Below, piece by piece: positions 1 to 8,677 of a stretch of DNA of 64,000 nt (positions within the stretch are counted from its first letter, which is position 1; each line of letters begins with the position of its first letter). The stretch comes from Acidimicrobiia bacterium (lineage in GTDB: Bacteria; Actinomycetota; Acidimicrobiia; Spongiisociales; ZC4RG35). The position numbers were made by a program, and so were the translations under genes. Location: NCBI GenBank assembly GCA_028285585.1, contig JANQOU010000004.1, positions 20,267 through 84,266 on the forward strand, written 5' to 3'. The notes beneath the pieces were generated by a model. It made no database searches and was not told the origin of the DNA. It was given only the letters and a program-made list of their open reading frames with translations.

Positions 1-23
1 GTTTCCTTCTGTTCTATGGTTAG

Positions 24-44
24 TAATGAGAACCAATCTCAATT
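24..44. promoter_or_regulatory. Putative Zur box (TAATGAGAAC-C-AATCTCAATT), probably controlling a minus-strand gene starting just left of the window
   Basis: Imperfect 10-1-10 palindrome resembling the actinobacterial Zur consensus TAWTGANAAYNRTTNTCAWTA. Minus-strand SD-like AGAAGGAAAC at 1-10. Confidence 0.7.
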
Positions 45-112
45 ATTGTCATGTGCGAGCTGATAAGCAAAAGAGAGGTGTCGAAGCCGGATTCGAGTTG
101 GCTAGCGGAGCG

Positions 113-1438
113 CTAGTTGCCCGGCCCAGCCACATGCACCGTCCGGGCCTCGAGTAAGTAGGTGTCTTCGCGCTTGGCGACGAAGTGAGGCGATTCGGGA
201 TCGGTCAGGTCGGTGAGAGCGGCGAGGTCGTCGTCCGGCAGGTAGTCGCGGAGGTGCTTGCTGGTGTGCTCCAGTCGGGAAGCGATGACACGTCGGAGAT
301 CACCGGAGAGAGGGGAGGGGATGTCGACCAAAAACGAACGCGACTCGATGCGCCAGTACCCGGCCTTTGCGAGTTTGGATGGCCAACCTTCTCCTGGTTC
401 CACTGGTTCTGCCAATTCGCCCCTCATGGTCATGAACCGGTGCTCTGCGGCAAGCTGAATTCGCGTCTCGAGGCCAGGGCGGCCATGCCCCAGATCGAAT
501 GGGAGCATCCGAGTGGCCAGGCCACCTTCCGCAAGGGCAAGGCGTCCATGCGGCTTGAGCAACGTTCGGATCCGGGTGAGGGCACCGACCTCGTCGGCAA
601 GATGGTGAATCGACGAGCTTGCCCAGACCAGATCGGCTGGAGGCAAGACGGACGGATCCCACGGCTTGGAGATATCCAGTTTCACGGTGTCGACCTGGGA
701 CGAGACACCGCTTGTTCTCGCCGTCCACATCGTTTCTTCGAGCATCGACTCGGATTCATCGACGGCCGTGACCATGGCACCCGTCTCCGCAGCAAGAAGA
801 GCCGACATGGTTCCGAGGCCACAGCCAATGTCGATCACATGTCGGGTTTTTCTTCCTGCCGTCAACCATCGGGCGATCTCACCGAGAAGACCAGCTTCAG
901 CCACGGCCTCATCGCGCATCGTGCTGACGTGTTTGGCCATCTTGTCCGCCGGTGGCTGGAGCGTCAGTGACCGCCAAACGAGCGAGACTCGAGGGTCCGA
1001 CGCTTCGTCGACACGGAGGACCTCGAAGCCCTCTCTTTCGTAGAAGCGGGCTGCATTCGTGTTGGCGGCTATGTGCTCGAGAAGGAGGCGCTTGCTTCCT
1101 TTCGGAAGCCCATCCACCACACTTTGCAACAGTCGGGCACCTAGGCCTCGACTTCTGAATCTCTCGTCGACGTAGAGCTTCCACAGCACCGGGTCGTCAC
1201 CGAGCCGGTCGACTTCTGCCATCCCGACGACGAGGTCGTCGTCGACAGCGACGAGAACCCGCCTGGCCCTGATCGCCGGATCAAGGGTATCCATCCACCA
1301 ATTCGCCACGGTTTGCTCGGCGTAGTCGATGCTGACCAGAGGTCCGTACACCCCTGGGACCACCTCGGTGGCGAAGCGATCGAGCTCGGGTCGATCAAGG
1401 ATCGACGCGAGTCGGATGGTGGGGGTCGAGGTCTTCAC
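113..1438 (-). CDS. GNAT acetyltransferase - class I SAM methyltransferase fusion
   Basis: N-half has LYVDERFRSRGLGARL (acetyl-CoA motif A) and NTNAARFYEREGF. C-half has VIDIGCGLG, ADLVWASSSIHH and LLKPHGRL. Confidence 0.8.
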   Translation of the reverse strand: MKTSTPTIRLASILDRPELDRFATEVVPGVYGPLVSIDYAEQTVANWWMDTLDPAIRARRVLVAVDDDLVVGMAEVDRLGDDPVLWKLYVDERFRSRGLGARLLQSVVDGLPKGSKRLLLEHIAANTNAARFYEREGFEVLRVDEASDPRVSLVWRSLTLQPPADKMAKHVSTMRDEAVAEAGLLGEIARWLTAGRKTRHVIDIGCGLGTMSALLAAETGAMVTAVDESESMLEETMWTARTSGVSSQVDTVKLDISKPWDPSVLPPADLVWASSSIHHLADEVGALTRIRTLLKPHGRLALAEGGLATRMLPFDLGHGRPGLETRIQLAAEHRFMTMRGELAEPVEPGEGWPSKLAKAGYWRIESRSFLVDIPSPLSGDLRRVIASRLEHTSKHLRDYLPDDDLAALTDLTDPESPHFVAKREDTYLLEARTVHVAGPGN

Positions 1439-1456
1439 ATCCCCGACACTAGTCGG

Positions 1457-1477
1457 TATTGAGAGCAGTTCTCATTC
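1457..1477. promoter_or_regulatory. Putative Zur box (TATTGAGAGC-A-GTTCTCATTC)
   Basis: Palindromic match to the same motif as at 24-44 and 4590-4610. Lies in the divergent promoter region 19 bp upstream of the GNAT-MTase start. Confidence 0.7.
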
Positions 1478-1518
1478 TTGACTGTGCGTCTTGCGAAGTA
1501 GAGAGATACGATTCAGTC

Positions 1519-1839
1519 GTGGCTGAACTATTGGCAACAGCTAGCCCCTCGGGTGCGATGGCGCGGCTGGGTGTGGCCTTGAGTGATCCGATTCGTCAAG
1601 TGATCTTGCTGCGACTTTCGGCAGGTCCGGCTTATCCGAGCGAGCTCGCAGACCTTGTTGACACCAGCAGGTCAAATCTCTCGAACCATCTGTCTTGTCT
1701 GCGCGGGTGTGGCCTCGTTGTGGCGGAGCGAGAGGGTCGTCATATTCGCTACGAGTTGGTTTCTCGTCAGCTCGGTGCAGCCCTCGACACGATGGCGGAG
1801 GCGGTCAAACAGACTCCTGTGGTGCTCGATGGTCGCTGA
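1519..1839 (+). CDS. cmtR: ArsR/SmtB family metal-sensing repressor, CmtR-like
   Basis: ALSDPIR...YPSELA...SRSNLSNHLSCLRGCGLV...EGRHIRYEL closely matches mycobacterial CmtR. GTG start 6 nt after TACGAT. Confidence 0.8.
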   Translation: MAELLATASPSGAMARLGVALSDPIRQVILLRLSAGPAYPSELADLVDTSRSNLSNHLSCLRGCGLVVAEREGRHIRYELVSRQLGAALDTMAEAVKQTPVVLDGR

Positions 1840-2455
1840 TCTGGCTCGTTCAAGCGCAGTTCGCCGAGCTCGGTGGCTCAATGCGGCGACGATCGGGTGG
1901 AACACGATCGAAGGGGTGGTTGCCATCGTGGCGGGTGTAGCTGCGGGGTCTGTCAGCCTCATCGGGTTCGGCCTCGACTCCGCCATCGAGGTGTCGGCGG
2001 CGGCTGCCCTCTCTTGGCGACTCGCCCGCGAGCGTCGAGACGACTGCCGTGAGGGGGACGATCGCCTGGCGCAACGGCTTGTTGCCATTTCCTTCGGGCT
2101 GCTTGCGGTCTATGTCACCTCGACCGCGACTTCTGACCTCATCGCAGGCAATGCGCCAGATCCCTCAGCGGTTGGTGTCGTGCTGGCAGCTGTGTCGCTC
2201 GCCGTCATGCCTGTCGTTGCGCGAAAGAAGAGGAAGCTTGCACCGATCCTTGGATCCCGCGCCGCTTTGGCGGAAGCCGCTCAGACCGATCTGTGCACAT
2301 TGCTCTCTGCCGCTCTTCTGGTTGGCCTTGGCCTGAACCTCACCCTGGGGTGGTGGTGGGCCGACCCGATTGCGGCCCTGGTCATCGGTGGCGTTTCTGG
2401 ATACGCCGCCATCACGACTTGGAGAGCACCCTCGCTGAGTCACACGTGTTGCTGA
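1829..2455 (+). CDS. Cation efflux (CDF-like) membrane protein
   Basis: WNTIEG, SLIGFGLDSAIE and WWWADPIAAL motifs, multiple TM segments, overlaps cmtR. Confidence 0.75.
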   Translation: MVADLARSSAVRRARWLNAATIGWNTIEGVVAIVAGVAAGSVSLIGFGLDSAIEVSAAAALSWRLARERRDDCREGDDRLAQRLVAISFGLLAVYVTSTATSDLIAGNAPDPSAVGVVLAAVSLAVMPVVARKKRKLAPILGSRAALAEAAQTDLCTLLSAALLVGLGLNLTLGWWWADPIAALVIGGVSGYAAITTWRAPSLSHTCC

Positions 2456-2465
2456 CTGGCGAGAG

Positions 2466-3350
2466 TCAGTCGCCAACTCGAGCGCTTGACGCTTCTGTCG
2501 CTACGTCTGGTGCGACAGCTGCCCGATTCCTCTTTCTCGAGTCCAGCGCCGAGCGGAAAGCGAGAACCAAGAAGAAGAGGACGATGGGCAGGCCGGCCAT
2601 CGTCGCCGATCCCGAGACGTTGAAGTGGTAGCTGAGCATGAGCCCGGCAGCTACCGAGAACACGCCGATGGCCACTGAAGTGACCATGATCGTCGGTAGC
2701 CGGCGCGCCAGCAGGGCTGCAGTGGCTGGAGGTCCAACAAGTAGACCGAAGACGAGGAGGGTGCCCACCGTTTGGAACGAGGCGACGATGGTGAGCGTGA
2801 TGAGCGCAAGCATCAAGCCATGGGAGAGACGAGGTCGAAAGCCCAAGAGTTGTGCCTTCTGGTCGTTGAAGGAGAGAGCCAGAAAGGGCCGGTAGAAGGC
2901 GAGGATTGAAGCCAGGGTGACAACTGCGACAACGGCTAGTGCCACGATGTCACCAGCGGTGACCCCCAATGCGTCTCCGAAGAGGATGCCGGTCAAGCTT
3001 CCCTGAAACGATGCGGTACGTGAGATCAGTATGACGCCCAAGGCAAGCATGCCCACGAAAAGCAGCCCGATCGATGTGTCTTCGGTGAATGTGGTCTGGC
3101 GATGGACCAGGTTGATGCCGGCGATCATGACGCCGGCTGCGAGCGCCGCACCCAGTAGAACGTTGAAGTCGAGCAGCACTGCGAGAGCTATGCCGGGGAT
3201 AACTCCGTGAACCAGGGCATCGCCGAGGAAGCTCATTCCGCGTACTACCACCCATGTGCCGACCAACGAGAGACTCACAGACGCTAAGGCACCTCCAAGC
3301 AGTGCCCGCTGCTGGAACGCCAGCTCGAACGGTTCGATCAGCCAGTCCAT
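2466..3350 (-). CDS. znuB: Zn/Mn ABC transporter permease (ZnuB/AztB-like)
   Basis: GMSFLGDALVHGVIPG, LFGDALGV and GTLLVFGLLVGPPATA motifs. Confidence 0.9.
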   Translation of the reverse strand: MDWLIEPFELAFQQRALLGGALASVSLSLVGTWVVVRGMSFLGDALVHGVIPGIALAVLLDFNVLLGAALAAGVMIAGINLVHRQTTFTEDTSIGLLFVGMLALGVILISRTASFQGSLTGILFGDALGVTAGDIVALAVVAVVTLASILAFYRPFLALSFNDQKAQLLGFRPRLSHGLMLALITLTIVASFQTVGTLLVFGLLVGPPATAALLARRLPTIMVTSVAIGVFSVAAGLMLSYHFNVSGSATMAGLPIVLFFLVLAFRSALDSRKRNRAAVAPDVATEASSARVGD

Positions 3351-3398
3351 AAGGGGTTCACCCTACGGCAGCGCGGCGTCATCATCGGGCTTGACGCA

Positions 3399-3428
3399 TG
3401 ATGCCGGGCCCATCAGGGCCCGGCATCA
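3399..3428. terminator. Perfect 13-bp GC-rich hairpin between znuA and znuB
   Basis: TGATGCCGGGCCC-ATCA-GGGCCCGGCATCA. Likely an mRNA stabiliser or partial terminator. Confidence 0.65.
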
Positions 3429-3444
3429 CTTGGACATGCGACAC

Positions 3445-4578
3445 TCAGGAGAGTGCGGCGGCGATCAGGTCGGCGTTGGCTCTCAACATGTCGATGTACG
3501 TCTCGGCGTCGGAGTCGGGACCACCGAGTGACTCGGTGAACAGTGTCACCACCTCTACGGACTCGCCCACTTCGGCAGCGACGGCTTCGGCGAGCGCGGC
3601 GGGCTCGACAGTTTCAGCGAAGATGACATCTATTCCCTCGTCGATCATCGCCTCCACCAACTCCGCCAGTTCAGCCGAGCTGGGGTCGGCCAGGGTTGCT
3701 CCACCAGGTATCACAGTGCCAACGACTTCGAAGCCGTAGCGATCTGCGAAATAGCCAAAGGCTTCGTGGTTGGTGACCATCTTCTTTCGCTCGTCAGAGA
3801 TCGCGTCGAGTTTGCTGATGATCTCGTCGTCCAGGGATCGCAGCTCTGCTGCGTAGTCGCTGGCGTTGGATGCCCAGTCCACGCTGGAGTCAAGCGAAGC
3901 AAGCTCGCCGGCGATCAACTCGACTGCAGCTGCGACACGGAGTGGGTCCATCCAGACGTGTGGATCGCAGCTCCCTTCGGCGTGGCCGTGGTCACCTTCC
4001 TCTTCGTGGTCACCCTCTTCGTGATCGCCTTCTTCCTCGTGGTCGCCCTCTTCTTCGTGGTCATGTCCGGCCTCAGGGTCACACGCCTTCTCTTCGTCTT
4101 CGTGCCCCTCTTCCTCATGTCCCTCTTCTTCGTGTCCTTCTCCCTCGTGGTCGTGCTCGTCGTGATGACCCGACTCGCCGAAGGGGATGGGTTCGAGGTT
4201 GCCGGCAACCTCGAGCACATTCGCGCCATCTGCCTCGAGGCTTTCAATCACATCGAGGATGCCCTCTTCGAGCCCTAGGCCGTTGACCACGACGAGGTCG
4301 GCCTCTTGCATGAGTGCAACTTGAGAAGAAGAGAGGGCGTACTCGTGCGAGTCGGCACCTACCGGAAACAGAACTTCGACGTTGGCTGCGCCGGCGGTGA
4401 CGTTGGAGACGATGTCGCCCCAGATCGTTGTTGTCACCACAACGGAAAGCGCATCCGCGCCGGGGTCGGCTGGGGTGGTGTCTGTGCTGGAGCCGGGGCC
4501 ACAGGCTGCCACCACCATGGCGACGACCGTGAGCATCGCACCCAGGCTCTTGGACGGTTTGAGTTTGGACACTCCCAT
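3445..4578 (-). CDS. znuA: Zinc ABC transporter substrate-binding lipoprotein with His/Glu-rich loop (ZnuA/AztC-like)
   Basis: Lipobox VAAC. DSHEY, DPHVW, HEAFGY and TESLG ligand motifs. SD-like AAGGAAGG upstream. Confidence 0.9.
   Translation of the reverse strand: MGVSKLKPSKSLGAMLTVVAMVVAACGPGSSTDTTPADPGADALSVVVTTTIWGDIVSNVTAGAANVEVLFPVGADSHEYALSSSQVALMQEADLVVVNGLGLEEGILDVIESLEADGANVLEVAGNLEPIPFGESGHHDEHDHEGEGHEEEGHEEEGHEDEEKACDPEAGHDHEEEGDHEEEGDHEEGDHEEEGDHGHAEGSCDPHVWMDPLRVAAAVELIAGELASLDSSVDWASNASDYAAELRSLDDEIISKLDAISDERKKMVTNHEAFGYFADRYGFEVVGTVIPGGATLADPSSAELAELVEAMIDEGIDVIFAETVEPAALAEAVAAEVGESVEVVTLFTESLGGPDSDAETYIDMLRANADLIAAALS
3980..4170 (-). repeat. Imperfect 15-18 bp coding tandem repeats encoding GHEEE/GDHEEE units
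   Basis: Translation EGHEEEGHEEEGHEDEE...HEEEGDHEEEGDHEEGDHEEEGDH. Confidence 0.8.
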
Positions 4579-4589
4579 TTCCTTCCTTA

Positions 4590-4648
4590 TAATGAGAATA
4601 GTTCTTGGTATGGAAAGGAATATAGTGCAATGAGAATCAATACCGAAA
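4590..4648. promoter_or_regulatory. Putative Zur boxes in the znuA/zur divergent promoter (4590-4610, weaker 4628-4648)
   Basis: TAATGAGAAT-A-GTTCTTGGTA and CAATGAGAAT-C-AATACCGAAA in an AT-rich intergenic region. Confidence 0.7.
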
Positions 4649-4660
4649 GGAGTTGTCGCT

Positions 4661-5101
4661 TTGGTTGAGACCGCCATTGAGCGTCAGGTAGAGCGCAGGC
4701 TCGCCGAATCAGACGTTCGCTTCACCAGAGGCCGTCGAGCTGTCATCCAGGCCCTTGTCGAAGCGGACGGGCCCAAGTCGGCAGCCGAATTGAGTGTGCT
4801 CATCGGGGCCGAGGTGCCGGTCTCATCGCTATACCGCACCCTCGCTGTGCTCGAGGAAACGGGAGTGCTGGCACCGCACTACTCATCGCCCGGGCTCACG
4901 AGGTTCGAGCTTGCCGAGTGGTTATTGGGCCACCATCACCACTTGGTTTGCATCGACTGCGGTCAGGTGGAGGACCTTGCCGTGGACGAGCCCACGGAGC
5001 AACAGATCCAGGCCCTGGTGTCGACTGTGGCCAAGTCGGTCTCATTCTCCGAAACCAACCATGCTTTGGAGATCGAAGGCCATTGCGCCAAGTGCGCATG
5101 A
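4661..5101 (+). CDS. zur: Fur-family regulator, Zur
   Basis: SSLYRTL, HHHHLVCIDC and GHCAKC motifs. Located inside a Zn ABC locus. Confidence 0.85.
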   Translation: MVETAIERQVERRLAESDVRFTRGRRAVIQALVEADGPKSAAELSVLIGAEVPVSSLYRTLAVLEETGVLAPHYSSPGLTRFELAEWLLGHHHHLVCIDCGQVEDLAVDEPTEQQIQALVSTVAKSVSFSETNHALEIEGHCAKCA

Positions 5102-5883
5102 GCAACGCAGTCGTAGCCAAAGACCTGACGCTTGGCTACGGGGCACACGTCGCAGTCGGCCCGTCGAGTTTCGTCATCCCAAGGCCAGGCATCACGGCGG
5201 TCATTGGTCCCAACGGGTCAGGTAAGTCCACACTGCTCAACGCGATAGCCGGGCTTTTGACCCCGATGTCCGGGACGATCGAAGTGAACGTTGCCTCGCG
5301 TCGTGAGATCTCCTATGTGCTGCAGACAACGAGAGTCAACTATGCACTCCCGGTGACAGTGGAGGAAGTCGTCACGATGGGGCGGTATGCCTCCGCCGGC
5401 CGCTTCCGAAGGCTCACCAAAGAGGATCGGGAGGCTGTCGATCAAGCTATAGAGCGGACTGGCATCGGCGATCTGCGTCGTCGGCATGTCCACCATCTGT
5501 CGGGTGGGCAACGTCAGAGGGCTTTTGTGGCCCAGGGCCTGGCTCAGGACCACAGCATCCTCCTACTCGACGAGCCGATGTCTGGCATCGACGTGACCAC
5601 ATCGCAGGCCATCGACAAGGTGATACACAGAGAGGTGGAAGACGGATGTGCCGTGGTCCTCTCAACCCACGACCTCACCGAGGCCAGTGTCGCAGACCAT
5701 GCTGTGCTCGTCTCTGGGCGGGTAGTGGCCTCAGGGCCACCCCAAGAAGTGTTGACACCTGAGCATTTGGCTGCGGCCTATGGCACTTCTGTCCTGCATC
5801 CAGGCGAGGGAATCACACTCATCGATGACCCGGTGCATCCCGGAGCCCATCGAGACCAACCTTTGGCAAGGCGCGACCGCTGA
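5098..5883 (+). CDS. znuC: Zn ABC transporter ATP-binding protein (ZnuC/AztA-like)
   Basis: GPNGSGKST, LSGGQRQR and LLLDEP. ATGA overlap with zur. Confidence 0.9.
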   Translation: MSNAVVAKDLTLGYGAHVAVGPSSFVIPRPGITAVIGPNGSGKSTLLNAIAGLLTPMSGTIEVNVASRREISYVLQTTRVNYALPVTVEEVVTMGRYASAGRFRRLTKEDREAVDQAIERTGIGDLRRRHVHHLSGGQRQRAFVAQGLAQDHSILLLDEPMSGIDVTTSQAIDKVIHREVEDGCAVVLSTHDLTEASVADHAVLVSGRVVASGPPQEVLTPEHLAAAYGTSVLHPGEGITLIDDPVHPGAHRDQPLARRDR

Positions 5884-6007
5884 GGTCGAATCATTGACCG
5901 TCTTCATTAGCCGTGTCGCCTACAAGATCGTGCCCTGTCACCGTCACTCCCCGGGATCCCAGGTGGCCTCTTCGACCATGGTGCCGCTGATCTGACGGCG
6001 TCGAGAT

Positions 6008-6037
6008 AGTGGTGGGTCTCCTCGGAGACCCACCACT
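6008..6037. terminator. Bidirectional hairpin terminator between convergent genes
   Basis: AGTGGTGGGTCTC-CTCG-GAGACCCACCACT, perfect 13-bp stem. Confidence 0.7.
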
Positions 6038-6046
6038 CGCAATCGG

Positions 6047-6547
6047 TTATCCCTTGACCGTCAGCTCGGCGAACATGCCGCTGACGAAGTGAGGGGCACC
6101 TCCGGGCACGTCGGGTGGGCCACCTTCGGATTCGGCGGCAGCAGCCATGTACTCGGCGGGGTCGGCGCCGGTGGGGATGGCGCAAATGATGGCGTAGCGG
6201 CCGGGTTCGGTGAGCGTGGCTGAGCCTTCCACCGTGATCCCGTCCTCGTTTGGCGGAGCCAAGATCACCGAAGCCACGTTCGGGAAGTAAGCGGCAAGGG
6301 CGTCGGGATCTGCGATCAGATCGGCAACGGATCGTTCCTCGTCTTCTGGTAGACGGATCGCCACGAACTCGTGCAACTCGACGTCACTTTCGTTGGTCAT
6401 GGTGATCGTGCTGCCAGCAACTATCTCGTCAGGCAATCCCTCGTAGGCGAAGTCGACCGCCGTGACCTCGATGGTGGTAGGACCGTCGTCGGCGCACGCC
6501 GTCAGGATCAGTCCAAACACAAGGGCAATCGCCCACATCCGGCTCAT
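6047..6547 (-). CDS. Cupredoxin-like (type-1 copper motif) lipoprotein
   Basis: Lipobox LTAC. HEF...ICAIP...HFVSGM gives a His/Cys/His/Met pattern. Confidence 0.65.
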   Translation of the reverse strand: MSRMWAIALVFGLILTACADDGPTTIEVTAVDFAYEGLPDEIVAGSTITMTNESDVELHEFVAIRLPEDEERSVADLIADPDALAAYFPNVASVILAPPNEDGITVEGSATLTEPGRYAIICAIPTGADPAEYMAAAAESEGGPPDVPGGAPHFVSGMFAELTVKG

Positions 6548-7050
6548 TTGGCGTCCAGTTCGCTTGGAGGCGGGCCAACGATGTCGATCCCGTAGCTGGC
6601 GCAGACCTCGGCGACATGGGCCGGGTCGATATACCCCGGGTCGGGGAGAGCAGCTTTGGTGGTAGGTGATCCAAGTGCCGAGACCATCTGATCGAATCGG
6701 GGCTCCCCGGCAATCGACGCCGTGATGGTCGCAATCCGGGCCGTGGCGCTCAACACCTGGAAGGTGTGCGGCTCTCCGTGCGGGAGATGAGCGAATCCGC
6801 CGGTTCCGGCGTCAGTCTCTTGTCCACCCGTGAAGAAACGAACCTCCCCGTCGAGAACGAAGAAGACCTCGTCTTCGTCTCGATGGGTGTGCTGTGGCGG
6901 CCCAAAACCGCGGGGTGCGAGGAACTCGACGACACTCATGGCGCGCCCCTCACCCTCGAGCTTGATGGTGGCGAGGTGATTGAGGAATTCGAAGTGCTGC
7001 CCCTCGCCGGTGGCAAGCACTGTCGCGCCGATTGCTTGTTCGATGCTCAT
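6544..7050 (-). CDS. Cupin domain protein (quercetin dioxygenase-like)
   Basis: PPQHTHRDEDEVFFVLDG and LPHGEPHTF cupin motifs. Confidence 0.8.
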   Translation of the reverse strand: MSIEQAIGATVLATGEGQHFEFLNHLATIKLEGEGRAMSVVEFLAPRGFGPPQHTHRDEDEVFFVLDGEVRFFTGGQETDAGTGGFAHLPHGEPHTFQVLSATARIATITASIAGEPRFDQMVSALGSPTTKAALPDPGYIDPAHVAEVCASYGIDIVGPPPSELDAK

Positions 7051-7084
7051 CCTCGGATCGTGCTCGACGACCCTTCAGAAAACC

Positions 7085-8596
7085 TTACGACTGGAACGGT
7101 CTCACTTTGATGTCGATCTCGGCCATTGACTCGGTCCAGGCCTGATGGGCGCGTTGGGCCTCGCCAGTCTCGCCAGCAGCGAGCAAGCTGTTGACGAGCA
7201 GCTCATGTGAAGCCGAGTCGTAGCGGTCTGCTGTCACCAAGCGTCGAGCCACGTCGGCAGCAATCGGCGCGTTCCCGTAGCTCAGCTCCTCTTGGGCAAC
7301 TCGTCTGCCTGCCGCTACGAAGCGGGATGTCGCCTCGTCCCGGGGGCCGCGTGACCAGTCTCCATACCGATCTTCGGGAAGGAACTCCCCGACGTAGGCG
7401 GCCACGACGGCTCTGTCGTCGACCGCCTTGTAGAGCTCCTCGAGGTCGGTAGACACCTCCTCCAGATCGAGCCGGACACTCTCACGGTCTGCGATCACAC
7501 CGCCGGTGAGCACACGTCGCACTGCGGACAGTTGCACTGAGAGTCGTGCGCTGAGCCGGCTCATGTCGGCTTCGCCTGGCCAAAGCATGTCGATTAGCTC
7601 TTCTCTGGTCAACGGCCATCCTCGGGCGGCCACCAATCTCTTGCAGAGTTGCCGGGCCAGCCGAGAGCCCCACGCGGCCGTGGGGACCTCCACACCGTCG
7701 ATCTCAACGGCGAAACGCCCCAATGTGGCGATGTGCACTGGAGGACGTTGGCTTGTTGTCGGCGACTTCGGTTGGACGGTGCCAGTGACGAAACGCTCGA
7801 CTTCACCCATCCACTCGTCGAGATCACCCACGTATGCAAAGTGGTCATCACCGGGAAGCTCGAGCAGGCGGGCCCCGGGGATGGCGGCGGCAGTCTGTCG
7901 GCCGGCATCGATGGAGACCGCCTTGTCACCCACTCGGTGGATGACCAGGGTCGGCGTGTCGATTTTGGAGAGGATCTCGGTGGCGTCGATCTCTGCCGTC
8001 AGGTCAAGGAGGTCGCGCAAGGAGTCGGCGGTTGCGCACAAGCGCTCATAGCGCTGATGCCAACTCCGATACTCCTGGTTGGCGGCAAGCGAAGGGGCAA
8101 AGAAGTCAACCATTCGCGATGCGGGTGTTCCCCACTCGGAGACTTGGCGCTCACGACGCATGACTCGCTCCTCCTCCGACCATGGAGGGAGCAGCGTTGC
8201 TGCACTTCCCATGAGCGTGAGGCTGTCGACCCGGTGCGGGTAGGTGGCAGCGAAGACCATTGCCATCGGGCCACCGTCCGACTGGACGAATAGATGGGCG
8301 CTGTCGATCTCGGCGTGATCCATCACGGCTCGTATGTCCTCGACTCGCTCGTCGATGCCCGGGATCTGGCTCTGGCGGTCAGAGGCGCCGGTCCCGCGCT
8401 TGTCGAACACGAGGTAGCGACTGAAGGAGCCGAAACGGTCGAGCATCGCTCGGATGTCCGGCCACTCCCAGGCGGCCTCGATGTTCTGGGCCAGCGGTGG
8501 GATGGCCACCATCGTCGGCCCCGAGCCCCAGATCTGGTACGCAAGACGGGCCCCTCGAGCGGGTGCGAACTGGATTGGGGGTACCGATTCGCCCAT
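7085..8596 (-). CDS. Alpha/beta hydrolase fused to C-terminal SARP-type wHTH/BTAD regulator
   Basis: FDKRGTGASD, QSDGG and LPGDDH. Then LGRFAVE...REELIDMLWP...GEFLPED...WS and TPR-like helices. Confidence 0.75.
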   Translation of the reverse strand: MGESVPPIQFAPARGARLAYQIWGSGPTMVAIPPLAQNIEAAWEWPDIRAMLDRFGSFSRYLVFDKRGTGASDRQSQIPGIDERVEDIRAVMDHAEIDSAHLFVQSDGGPMAMVFAATYPHRVDSLTLMGSAATLLPPWSEEERVMRRERQVSEWGTPASRMVDFFAPSLAANQEYRSWHQRYERLCATADSLRDLLDLTAEIDATEILSKIDTPTLVIHRVGDKAVSIDAGRQTAAAIPGARLLELPGDDHFAYVGDLDEWMGEVERFVTGTVQPKSPTTSQRPPVHIATLGRFAVEIDGVEVPTAAWGSRLARQLCKRLVAARGWPLTREELIDMLWPGEADMSRLSARLSVQLSAVRRVLTGGVIADRESVRLDLEEVSTDLEELYKAVDDRAVVAAYVGEFLPEDRYGDWSRGPRDEATSRFVAAGRRVAQEELSYGNAPIAADVARRLVTADRYDSASHELLVNSLLAAGETGEAQRAHQAWTESMAEIDIKVRPFQS

Positions 8597-8625
8597 CGGC
8601 AAACCCTATCCGCTGACCTTGCACC

Positions 8626-8674
8626 GTTGCTATAGCAACGCGTGTCGCTCAGCGCGACGCCTTGCTATAGCAAC
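8626..8674. repeat. 49-bp REP-like palindromic element (left copy)
   Basis: GTTGCTATAGCAAC-GCGTGTCGCTCAGCGCGACGC-CTTGCTATAGCAAC. Reverse complement of 10151-10199 at 47/49 positions. Confidence 0.9.
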
Positions 8675-8677
8675 GAG

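Noticed and set aside
1459-1518. Cys-containing N-terminal extension of CmtR in the ORF track
   Set aside because: It overlaps the Zur box and promoter. The GTG at 1519 after TACGAT is the more plausible start.
5884-6000. Possible small ORF or gene remnant downstream of znuC
   Set aside because: No SD, start context or recognisable motif.
8626-8639. GTTGCTATAGCAAC resembles the eukaryotic RFX X-box
   Set aside because: Bacterial context with no RFX-like gene seen. Treated as coincidence.
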